Assembly (NCBI GenBank): GCA_014905635.1
Contig: JABVCE010000015.1
Location: forward strand, 806,001 to 870,000
Reading direction: 5' to 3'
Length of the DNA stretch: 64,000 nt
DNA from: Scenedesmus sp. PABB004
Taxonomy: Eukaryota
Shown: positions 14,042 through 23,808 of the stretch, one piece after another
Layout of the letters: each line of letters begins with the position of its first letter
Numbering within the stretch: the first letter of the stretch is position 1
Program-made: the position numbers and the translations under genes
Notes under the pieces: model-generated
Database searches by the model: none
Told to the model about the DNA's origin: nothing
Seen by the model: the letters and a program-made list of their open reading frames with translations, nothing else

Positions 14042-14703
14042 CGCGCCCGGCCCCCGCGCCGACCCGCGCCCTGCCGCCACCCACCCCCGTGCCGCGGCGC
14101 CGCCGCCACCCGATGAAACCTCCATAACACCTCCGTCCAACCCCGCGGCGGCGCGCAGGAGATGCAGGAGCACCTGTCGCGGCACCCGGGGCTGCTGCCG
14201 GAGATCCTGCGGAGCCTCTTTGACGTCATCCTCTTTGAGGAGCACAGCAACCAGTGGAGCCTCAGCCGGCCGATGCTGAGCCTCATACTCATCAACGAGC
14301 AGCACTACGGACAGGCGCGCGCGCGCTGCGCGTGCTGTGCGCGCTGGGCTCTGCGCGTGCTGGGCTGTGCGCGCGCGTATATGAGCCGCGCGTGCTGCGT
14401 GGGCGTGCGTGGGCGCGCCAGGTCGCGGCAGCCGCGCCCACCCCTCGCCCGCGCGCCGGCCGGCGCCCCACCCACCCCGCCGCCGCCGCCGCCGCCGCCG
14501 CGTGGCCGCCGCCACCGCCGCCGCCCCGCGCGCAGCTGCGGCAGCAGATCGTGCTCGCGCAGCCGCCGGACAAGCAGGCGCACCTCTCGTCCTGCCTCGA
14601 CAAGCTCATGGCCGACGTGGGCACCAACCTGGAGCCAAAGAACCGGGACAAGTTCACGCAGAACCTCACCATCGTGCGGCACACGTACCGGTCAAAAAGC
14701 TGA
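5655..14703 (+). CDS. XPO7: Exportin-7 / RanBP16-17 family nuclear transport receptor, roughly 28 exons
   Basis: N-terminus [23 protein letters not shown]; internal [77 protein letters not shown]-terminus [16 protein letters not shown] (TGA 14701-14703). Confidence 0.95.
8381..8461. repeat. (GT)n microsatellite in an XPO7 intron
   Basis: About 40 perfect GT units. Confidence 0.95.
9540..9810. repeat. G-rich low-complexity intronic repeat (GGGGC/GGCGC), potential G-quadruplex
   Basis: Reiterated GGGGCGGGGCGGCGGCGC units in the 5' half of an XPO7 intron. Confidence 0.8.
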
Positions 14704-15524
14704 CGAGGCGCCGCGGCGGCGCGGCCGGCGCGGCGGCGGCGAGCGCGGCGGCGGCGAGCGCGGGCGGCGGCGAGCGCGGCGGCGGCGAGCGCGGGCGGCG
14801 GCGAGCGGCGGCGACGAGCGGGGCGCGCGCTGCAGCTGCAGCGGGCCCAGGGCAGGGGCGGCGGGGGCTGTAGGTAGCTGGGCGGCGGGCGGGCGGGCGG
14901 CGCGCCCCTGGCGCCTGCAGCGGCAGGCGCTGGCGGGCGCGGCGAGCGCAGGCGGGCGCGGCAGCACCCGCGCCTGCGCACGCGGCTGCTGCGCACGCGC
15001 GCACCACCGGCAGCCGCCGGCGCTGGAGCACGAGGCGGGCGCACGAGGCCGGCCCCCTGGTGGCTGCGCGCTCGGAACGAACGGCGGCGCTGGCCGCGCG
15101 GTTGGCTGAAGCTTGTGGGGCTGTGCAACGCGAGCTCCGCACACCAGCCCCGCCGGGCAGCCCTGACGCCGCCGCGGCGGCGAGGGCGCGAGCGAGCGGG
15201 TGCCGCAGCGGGCAGCGCGCAACGAGGGGCCGCGGCAGCGTTTACTTGCCGGCACACATCGTTCTGCCCTCCCGCAACCGATCCCCGCCCGCCCGCTGCA
15301 CAGAAGTTGCTGTCCCCTGTCCTGACCAGTCACGCGCCAGGGCGAGGCCATCATGAGCCCCCCCGCTGCGGCTCCAAAGCTGTCAGCTGTTTGTCCAGGC
15401 TGCTGCCCCAGGCTGCCCCTCCTATACAGCCGCGCTACACGCGCGAGGCCATCGTACGCCCCGCTCGCTGGCGCCACTCCAAGGCTGTCAGGGCCCAGGC
15501 TGCTGGGCAGCCGTTCATGTTTGC

Positions 15525-17790
15525 TCATATCTCCCGGGCCGCCAGGAAGGCGCTCGCGCACTTGCGCACAGGCGCTGGCAATCTCGAGCACAGCGCCCAC
15601 ACGATCCAAGCGCGGCGCACTGCGACAGACGGCTGCACCATCAATACACCGCTGCGGCTGCACCGCCCCTCAGCAACCGCCCGCGACCGCCTCGCCGCGC
15701 TCGTCGGAGTGGCGGCGCAGCGGCGTGCACGCGCCGGGCAGCGCCGCCCAAGCGCCGCTGGCCGCCGCCGGCGCTTGGGCGCCTTGTGCGCGCCACGGCG
15801 GCGGGAGGCCGCGCGGGTCTTCTTGGACGTGGACGTGCGCAGCTGCAGCTCGGCCGCCAGCTGGCACTTGACGTCCGCCAGGTCGGCACTGGCGGCGGCG
15901 CGCGCGTCCTTGGCGCTCTGCAGCTCGCGCTGCGCCTCGGCCACGCGCTCGTCGGCGCCGATGCCGGCGCACGCGTCGGCCTGCGCGCGTGCAGGGGGGG
16001 GGGGCACGGTGCGGCGCGGCTGGAGTGAGCAAGGCAGCGCGCGTGGGCTGCCCAGGCCAACACGCGCGGCGTGCGGCAGCGCGCAGCGCACCCAGAGGTT
16101 CTCGCGCGTGGCCTGGCAGGCCTTGGCAAAGTCGCGCGCGCTCGCCAGGTCGGCGCGCAGGCTGGCGATGGCCGAGCCGTCGGCCTCCGCGCGCGCGTGC
16201 GCGGCGGCGAGCTCATCCTTGGCGCTCTGCAGCTCGCGCTGCGCCTCGGCCACGCGCTCGTCGGCGCCGATGCCGGCGCACGCGTCGGCCTGCGCGCGTG
16301 CAGGGGGGGGGGGGCACGGTGCGGCGCGGCTGGAGTGAGCAAGGCAGTGCGCGTGGGCTGCCCGGGCCAACACGCGCGGCGTGCGGCGGCGCGCAGCGCA
16401 CCCAGAGGTTCTCGCGCGTGGCCTGGCAGGCCTTGGCAAAGTCGCGCGCGCTCGCCAGGTCGGCGCGCAGGCTGGCGATGACCGAGCCGTCGGCCTCCGC
16501 GCGCGCGTGCGCGGCGGCGAGCTCATCCTTGGCGCTCTGCAGCTCGCGCTGCGCCTCGGCCACGCGCTCGTCGGCGCCGATGCCGGCGCACGCGTCGGCC
16601 TGCGCGCGCGCAAGGGGCGCGGCGCGACGCGGCTGGAGTGAGCAGGGCAGTGCGCGTGGGCTGGCAGGGCCCAGGAGTAGCGGCAGCGCGTGGTGGCGGC
16701 GGGAGCGCGTGCGGCGGTGGTCAGGGCAGCGCGCCGCGCGGGCATCGCCGCGCGCGACCGGGCAGGCCTTGGCGTCGTCGCCCGCGGAAAGCTGCGCCCG
16801 CCCGTGCGGGCTGGCGGTGGCAGCGCAGTTGACCCCGTTGCGCAGGTCGAGCGACGCGCGGATCAAGGTCAACAGTGCTGCCACCGCCGGCCCGCACGCA
16901 GAGCTCCGGCGCGCGCGCCCTAGGCGGCCTGCGCCACGCGGGCCGCTCGTCGCCGATGCCGGCGCACGCGCCGGCCTGCGCACGCACGGCGGGCAGGGCG
17001 CAGCGCCGCACGAGCGGGGCAGCGCGGCGCGAGCGGGGCAGTGCGCGCGTGCAGCAGCCGCGGGGCGCGGGGCGGCGGCGAGCGCGCGGTGCGGCGGCGG
17101 TCGGCGCGGCGCGCATGCACCATCGAGCGGCAGGCGCTCCAGTTGAGAGGCCGACGCTCGCGCGTCTTTGGCAGCGGCGCGCACGTCCTTGGCGCCCTGG
17201 AGCTCGCGCTGCGCCCAGGCGCGCACGCAGGTCGCCCCCCCCCCCGGCCGCGTCGGCCTGCGCACGCGCAGTGGGGGCAAGGCGCGGCGTGAGCGGGGCA
17301 GCGCGCGTGGGCTGGCAGGGCCCAGGAGTAGTAGCCGCAGCGCGCGGTGGCGGCGGGAGCGCGCGCGGCAGCGGTCAGGGCAGCGCACCGCGCGGGCATC
17401 GCCGCGCGCGGCCGGGCAGGCCTTGGCGCCCGCGGGAAACTGCGCCCGCCCGTGCGGGCTGGCGGTGGCGCAGTTGACCCCGTTGCGCAGACGCCAGCGT
17501 CGAGGTCAACAGCGCTGCCACCGCCAGCCGGCACGCGGAGCTCCGGCGCGCGCGCCCGAGGTGGCCTGCGCCACGCGGGCCGCTCGCGCCGATGCCGGCG
17601 CACGCGCCGACGTGCGCGCGCGCAGCGGGCAGGGCGCAGCGCCGCGGGCGGGGCAGCACGGCGTGAGCGGGGCCGCGCGCGGGCAGGCGCGCGGCGCGGG
17701 GCGGCGGCGAGCGCGCGGCGCGGCGGCGGTCGGCGCAGCGCGCCCAGCCGGTGGCCGGCGCCGTGAACCATCGTGCGGCAGACGCTCCAG
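15525..17790 (-). other. Unidentified coiled-coil repeat gene or pseudogene built from tandem exon+intron units
   Basis: Two 198-nt exons (16402-16599, 16092-16289; ADACAGIGADERVAEAQRELQSAKDEL...RENLW) bounded by CAG| and |GTGCGC. A third variant exon starts at 15980. Degenerate related copies lie at 16660-17790. Gene ends are uncertain. Confidence 0.5.
15907..16660. repeat. Tandem repeat, ~310-bp unit, about 2.4 near-identical copies
   Basis: TGGAGTGAGC recurs at 16021, 16331 and 16634. GCTCATCCTT recurs at 16211 and 16521. Confidence 0.9.
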
Positions 17791-18309
17791 GGCCCGCCGC
17801 CGCGCGCCGCTGGCGGCCTCAGCGGCGCGCCGGTTGTTTCGGGAGTGATTCAGGGCGCTTGATCGGCGCGCCGGCGCGGCGGGCAATGCACCGCGCGTGC
17901 GTGCAGCGGCCGACAGGCTGCACGCCACACCGCGCCGCGCTGGCCAGATCGCGCACGCGCCGCGCGCGGCCGGCGACAGCTGTCGCCGCGTGCCGCGCGA
18001 GCCGCCGCGGCCTCGGCGGCGCCGGGGCGCGCTCTCCGGGCGCGACAGGGGCGCTCTCGCGCGCTCATCGCGCGTGCAGAGCGCTTCGCCCGCCCGGCGG
18101 TCACATGACGCTCGCGTCGCCGTCGGCACGCGGCGCCCCGCCTCAAAGGCCGCCGCGATCGCTGCGCCCCGCCACTCTCCCGTGCCGTGTGCCGACCGCG
18201 CCCGCGCCCACACGACCCCTCGCCCACGCCCGCACAGCGCCGCCGCCGCGCCGCCGCCGTCGCCGCCCCGTCGCCGCCCCGTCGCCGCCGCCGCGCGCCG
18301 CTGTCCGCG

Positions 18310-18615
18310 ATGGCCGCCACGGGCCTGATCGACCACGTCGTGCGGCCCCACGTGGCCACGACGGAGGACAAGTTCCTGCGCGACGCGCCGGCCGCGGGCA
18401 GCGCCGCGACCTACATCCCAAGCCAGGCGCCGCCCGGCGTCGCGCGCGTCGTCAACGCCATCACCAGGCGCGCCCTGCGGTCGCTGCCACGCGATCGCTG
18501 CCCCGCGCCGCGCCGCGCCGCGCCGCGGCGCCGCCAACACCGACGCCCGCCGCCGCGCCGCAGGCTGTTTGAGGCGCGCTCGATGGCCGAGCACTGCACC
18601 AGCTACCGTCCTTAA
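18310..18615 (+). CDS. Putative ~69-aa small protein of unknown function, 2 exons
   Basis: ATG at 18310. Codon-like exon 1 to 18467, a GC-AG intron at 18468-18563, exon 2 to TAA at 18615: MAATGLIDHVVRPHVATTEDKFLRDAPAAGSAATYIPSQAPPGVARVVNAITRLFEARSMAEHCTSYRP. Confidence 0.6.
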   Translation: MAATGLIDHVVRPHVATTEDKFLRDAPAAGSAATYIPSQAPPGVARVVNAITRRALRSLPRDRCPAPRRAAPRRRQHRRPPPRRRLFEARSMAEHCTSYRP

Positions 18616-19007
18616 GGGACGCGGGCCCGATGTGGCGCGGCGGCGGAGGCGGGCGCGGCATACGGGGTAAATTACCTTGACCTTGGGCGCGGCCGCGGCG
18701 GCGGCGGGCGGGGCCGGGGCGGCGGCCGGCGCGGGCGCGGGGGGCGCGGGCGGGGCGGCGGGGGCGAGCTCACGCCGCCCCAGTCTGACGGCGACGATAT
18801 GGTTTGGGAGCCAGGCGCGGGCTAAAGTTGAGTTTGAGGTCCCGAGGTCGGAGGTTCGAGGTCCCAGCCGCCGCCGCCGGGGCGCGCGCCCCGGCGGCGG
18901 CCGGTGCCCGGTCGCGGCGGGTGCCGGGCTTAAATGGGTTTGAGCGGCGCCTGCGTCCGAGTTGCTCAGGACCTGCCTGCGCGTCTGCTCATGTGTGTGT
19001 GCGGTGT

Positions 19008-19078
19008 GAGGGCGCAGCGTGCTGCTGTGCACACGGTCGTTGGCAACGACCGTGTGCACAGCAGCACGCTGCGCCCTC
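19008..19078. repeat. Perfect inverted repeat (35-bp arms, 1-nt spacer); candidate hairpin RNA
   Basis: GAGGGCGCAGCGTGCTGCTGTGCACACGGTCGTTG-G-CAACGACCGTGTGCACAGCAGCACGCTGCGCCCTC. The arms are exact reverse complements. Confidence 0.95.
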
Positions 19079-19346
19079 GCGGGGCGTCCCGCCGGGACGC
19101 CCGACGCGTCTGGGGGCAAGCGGCCCCGGGCGCCACACACGTGTGTGCGGGGTTAATAAGAACACCAGCAGGCCACCTGAACAAGGTGTGCTGGCCGCGC
19201 CCGGGTTTTGCCGTCGTGCTGCTGTTGGAGCCTGCCTGCTGGTGGCGGCCGCGCGCCTCGCGCGGCCGTTCAGAAGTCGCGCGCGCCTAGTGCGTTGCGG
19301 TGCCCGGTGCAGGGCTGCCCAGCGGGCCCCGGGGGCAGCTACGCCT

Positions 19347-19391
19347 TCGTTGTGTGGCACTGTCAGCTCGTTGTGTGGCACTGTCAGCTCG
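19347..19391. repeat. 21-bp direct tandem duplication upstream of PP2C
   Basis: TCGTTGTGTGGCACTGTCAGC twice, then TCG. Confidence 0.9.
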
Positions 19392-19584
19392 ACCCGCGGC
19401 CACAGCGCGCCGCGCCGCCCCGCGCCGCGCAGACGGGTCCCGCTGATCACTCCCCGCACGCCGCCGCGCCGCACACGCGCCGAACGCGACAGCAGAAGAG
19501 CGCGCGAGCCGCGCCAGGCGCGCGCCAGCATGGCCCGCCGCGCCTGAGAAGGGGGACTGAGAGAGAGCGCAACGCGCGGGGCGA

Positions 19585-21732
19585 ATGGTACTGAGCCTGG
19601 CGGACGGCCGGGAGCGCGCCGAGGCGCTCGGCGGGCACGCGGCAGCGGCGCCGGGCGCGCCGGGCGTGCCTCATGGCGTGCGCCTGGTCGCCAACGGGCG
19701 GCCGCTGGAGGACGCGTTCAGCGTGGCCAGCGTGCTGCCCGCGCCCGGGCTGAGCCTGGCCCCAGCAGCAGCATCGGGCCTCGAGGCCGGCCCGGACGCC
19801 CTGGCCTACTTCGGGGTGAGCATCGAGCGCGCCGTGCATGCCCCCGGCCGCCCGCGGGCGCGGGGGCGGGTCGCTGGGGCGGGGCCAGGGCTGGCCCATG
19901 CGCAGCTCCGGGGGAGCTGGCAGCTGCCGGCGGGGGTGTGAGGCGGGGCGGGGCGCCCGCCACCAGCTCGGGCCCGCCAGGCCGCACACAGCACCGCAGC
20001 CGCCGGGCGCTGCCGTGCGCGCGCGCCGCGCGCGCGCGCGCGGCCGCGCGCCGCTGCTGCCGCCGCGGCCACACGCGCGCGCGCCGCCCGCCGCAGGTGT
20101 TTGACGGCCACGGCGGCGCCGAGGCGGCGCAGCACGCGGCGGCGGTGCTGCACCGGCACTTTGCGGCGTTGCTCGCGCGCCAGGCGCTGCACAGCCGCAG
20201 CAGCGAGAGCGCTGACTCGGCGGCCAGCGGCGGCAGCGCGGCCGCGTCGGCCGACGCAGCGCTGCTCGACGCCGCGGCGAGCCTGCGCGGCGCGGCGGCG
20301 CCCGAGGTGGAGGACGAGTCGGGCGGCGCGTGCGCGCTGCTCGGCGCCGCGGCGAGCCTGCGTGGCGGCGCCGCCGCCGCGCTGCTCCCCAAGCCCTCCT
20401 GGGCGACGAGCCTCGGCGCGGTGGCGCCGCTGGACGACCGCTACACCGCGGCGGTGCGCTGCGCGCTGCGCGCCGCGTTTGACGCGACTGACGGCGAGTT
20501 GGCTGGCACGGAGGTCGGCGAGGTGGTCGGCAGCACCGCGCTCGTCGCAGTGGTGGGCCGAGCCGAGGTCTTTGTCGCGCACTGCGGTGAGCGGCAGCAG
20601 CAGCGGCGCCGCGGCGCGCACGCGCTCGCCGGGATGGCGGCGCGCGCGGGGGTCGCGCGGCGCGCGCGCAGCGCCCGCGGCCCACCCCGCCCGCGCCCTG
20701 GCCCCCGCGCAGGCGACTCGCGCGCCGTGCTGTGTCGGCAGGGCACCGCCATCCCCCTCACGCGCGACCACAAGCCGGACCGGCCCGACGAGCGGGTGCG
20801 CTGCTCCGACGCCGCCCGGCCGCCGCCAGCCCGGCTTGGCTTCACCCCCCCCCCCCACACACACACACACCCCACTCGCATGCACCCACCTCACGGCGTG
20901 CCACGTGGCCCGCGCGCAGGCGCGCGTGGTTGGCCTGGGCGGCAAGGTGGTGGTCAAGGCCGGCGGCGCGCGCGTGATGGGCCTGCTCGCGATGAGCCGC
21001 GCGCTAGGGGACCACTTCCTGCGGCCCTACATCATCGCGGAGCCAGAGGTGCGGGCGGGGGGCACCGGCGGCGGCGGTCGGGCGGCGCGCGGCCAGGCGG
21101 CGGCGGCGCCGCGGGCCGGGAGGGCGACAGGCCCGCCGCCGCGCTCACGTGCGCTTCCGCGCCCGCCGCCGCCGGTGGTCAGGTGATGAGCCTGCCGCGC
21201 TCGCACGACGACGAGCTGCTGCTGCTGGCGAGCGACGGGCTGTGGGACGTGTTCACCCCGCAGGAGGCGGCGAGCCTCGCGCTGCGCAGCACGCTGCGCG
21301 CGCGCGAGCGCGGCGCGAGCGCGGGCGCGGCGTGCCGCGTCGGCGCGAGCGTGCTCGCGCGCGGCGCGGTGGAGCGCGGGAGCCGCGACAACATCACCGT
21401 GTGCGTGGTCGACCTGCGCCGCCACGAGGCCGCGAGCCCCGCGCCCGGCAGCGTCGCGGCGGTGCTGGCGAGCCAGTGCAGCGACGCGAGCGCGCTCGGC
21501 GGCCGCGCCGGCGGCGCGCGGCGCAAGCGCACGAGCTGCAGCGGCGGCTGCGGCCCGCAGGGCTGCGGCTGCGCCGGCTACCACGCGGGGGACGAGGCCG
21601 CCAGCGGCGGCGGCGGCGGCTACGCGCAGCACCGCACGCAGACGCACTTGGAGTCGCTTGCCCGCACCTGGGCGGCCGCGTCGGCCGCGTTTGGCGGCCA
21701 GGGCGGCCCGTCGCAGCGCAGCAGCAGCACGC

Positions 21733-21764
<32 letters not shown>

Positions 21765-22121
21765 CCGCTGCCGGGCGGCGGCGACGGCGCCGCGCGCGCG
21801 TCGGCGCCCGGCGCGGCCATGGCGGCACCGGCGCCGCGCGCGCCGCGCGCGCCAGCGCCGGCATGGCCGTCCGAGCTGGCATGCATGCAGAGCGCGCCGC
21901 TCGTGCGGGGGCGCGGCGGCGGCGCCGCCGCCGCGCCGCTGCCGGCCGGCAGGCCGGCCGGGCCCGCGGACGGGGCGGCGGTCGCCGCCGGCGGCGTGAT
22001 GTCGCCGCGGTCGTCCAGCCTCCGCTCGCTGAGCTTTGCGGACCGGCCGCCGCTGCCGCCGGGCGCGGCGCACGCCGGGGATGGCGTGCCCGCGCGCGCC
22101 CCGCGCGGCAGCAGGGACTGA
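19585..22121 (+). CDS. Protein phosphatase 2C (PPM family, resembling plant clade A), 5 exons, low-complexity C-terminal tail
   Basis: RPLEDA..YFG|VFDGHGG..VGSTALV..AHCG|DSRAVLCR..LTRDHKPDRPDE..|GLLAMSRALGDHFLRPYIIAEPE|V..LLLASDGLWDV..GSRDNITVCVVDL. The metal-binding Asp motifs are intact. Confidence 0.93.
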
Positions 22122-23808
22122 GCGCGCCGCGCGGGCAGGCAGGCAGGCGGGAGGGGCGGAGGGGGGTGCCGGCGGGCGGCCGCACCACAGCGCAGCGCGG
22201 AGCAGCGGCGACGCAGGGTTTCGTTTGGCCGGCGCGGCCGCTTGGCGCTCGGCGCCAGCGGCGGCCGTGCCCGCAGGTTGCAGGTTGCAGGTTGAGGGCG
22301 CGGTGTGGCCGCGGGGCGCCGTCCCCCGCGCCGCCGCGCCCGCCCCGCGCACGTCGGGCGGCCGTCTGCGCCGCGCGCTGTCACTTGGGCCTGGCGCCCT
22401 CACGCACTGATCGGATGCCCAGTGCTCCCGACCGCGCCCCCACGGCGCGGTGTCTGTTGTGAGAGCCTGTGGACTGCGCAGCTGCCGCACATCCTTACAC
22501 ACTGTGCATGCAACACCTGTGCAGCGTGCGCCGCGTGCGGCGGCGGCACCCCCGCTGCGCGGCAGGCAGGCCGGCCACGCGCCGGCCACAGCCGCGCGTG
22601 CGGGGGCTGTCGCCGCGGGCGGCGCGCGGCGGCGGGCCGCGCGGCGCTGCGTCCTCTGCGCAGCTGCCGCGCCGCCGCCCGCGCACGGTGCGAGCGCGCG
22701 CGCCACACGCGCGGCGGGCGGCGGCGATATCCCCGCCCGCCGGGTGCACTCGGGGGCTTGGGCCGGGTGTGCAGCTTTAGAACCAGGCTGTGCAGCTGTG
22801 TGTGGGCGCGCAGGCAGGCTGGCGTGTACAGGCGACGACGACGGCGAGGAGAAGTGCGCTGCGGTGCATTGCAGCCGCGGCCGCTCGCGAGGCGGCCGCG
22901 GCTGTCTCGGGCGATCGCCCAAACGCACGACGGCGACTGGCGACGAGCCCACAACACACACATTTCATGCCCGCGCGGCGCGCCAGGCTGGCGGTCTGGC
23001 CGACGCGCGGCCGGCCGCGCTGCGCGTGTGTCGGCGCGCGCGGGCCGGCGCGTGCGTGCGGCGCTGATGGGCGTGCGTCGCCGCGCGGCGCGCGGCGGGG
23101 CCCTCTCTGTGCCGCTGCGCGGTCGTTGTCTTTGGTCTTGGTGGTGGCGGGTGTTTGGGCGTCGGTTGGTTGGCGAAGTTTCGCGCGCGGCGCGCCGGCA
23201 TGCACCCACGCCATGCCGGCGCACGCGGAGAGCTTGTTGGGGAGTCGAGTTGACTGAGCCAACCGCCTGGTTTGTAAATCTGGTGGCAGAGCGCCCGCTG
23301 GGACTGGGACTGGGACCGCGCAGCGCGGTCGTTTACCGCCGCCGCGCCGCGCGCGCGGCACGACGAGCCCAGCGCGGCGCACGGCGCCGCCTCGCGGCGG
23401 CGGCCGCCCGTCCGTCACTCCGTCAGCCAGCCCAGGGCCACAGCAGCACCAGAGGAAGGCAGGTTCGCGTTGCGCGCGTCTTGCGTTGGGTTCTGCACGC
23501 AGCCGCGCGCTCGGTCGCGCACGCCCCGCGCCGCGCGCCCCTTGCGCGCCGCTCGGCGGCCCCTCCCCACCGCCTAGCTAGCCGCCGCACCCAGCCGCCT
23601 GCCTGCCTGCCTGCCCGCCTGCCTGCCTGCCTAGTGTACACTATGCACACGGCAGCCGGACGGCCCGCCCGCTTATTGCCCGGCCCGGGCGGGCGCGCCC
23701 GGGCCGCCGCGCCGCCGCCGCCGCTGCTGCCTGCCCGCCCTGCGCTGACATCAGCGCCCCCGGGCTCGGGGCTCGGGGCGAAGGGGTCAGGGTTTAGGGG
23801 GTCAGGTC

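Noticed and set aside
15240..15660. Lower-GC stretch as a possible transposon coding remnant
   Set aside because: No recognisable RT, integrase or transposase motif in any frame.
19247..19291. GC hairpin followed by CTAG|T, like a Helitron 3' end
   Set aside because: Spacing is long, GC hairpins are common by chance here, and no 5' end or Rep/helicase is visible.
19347..19391. Direct repeats as a possible CRISPR array
   Set aside because: Only two adjacent copies, no spacers, no cas genes, eukaryotic context.
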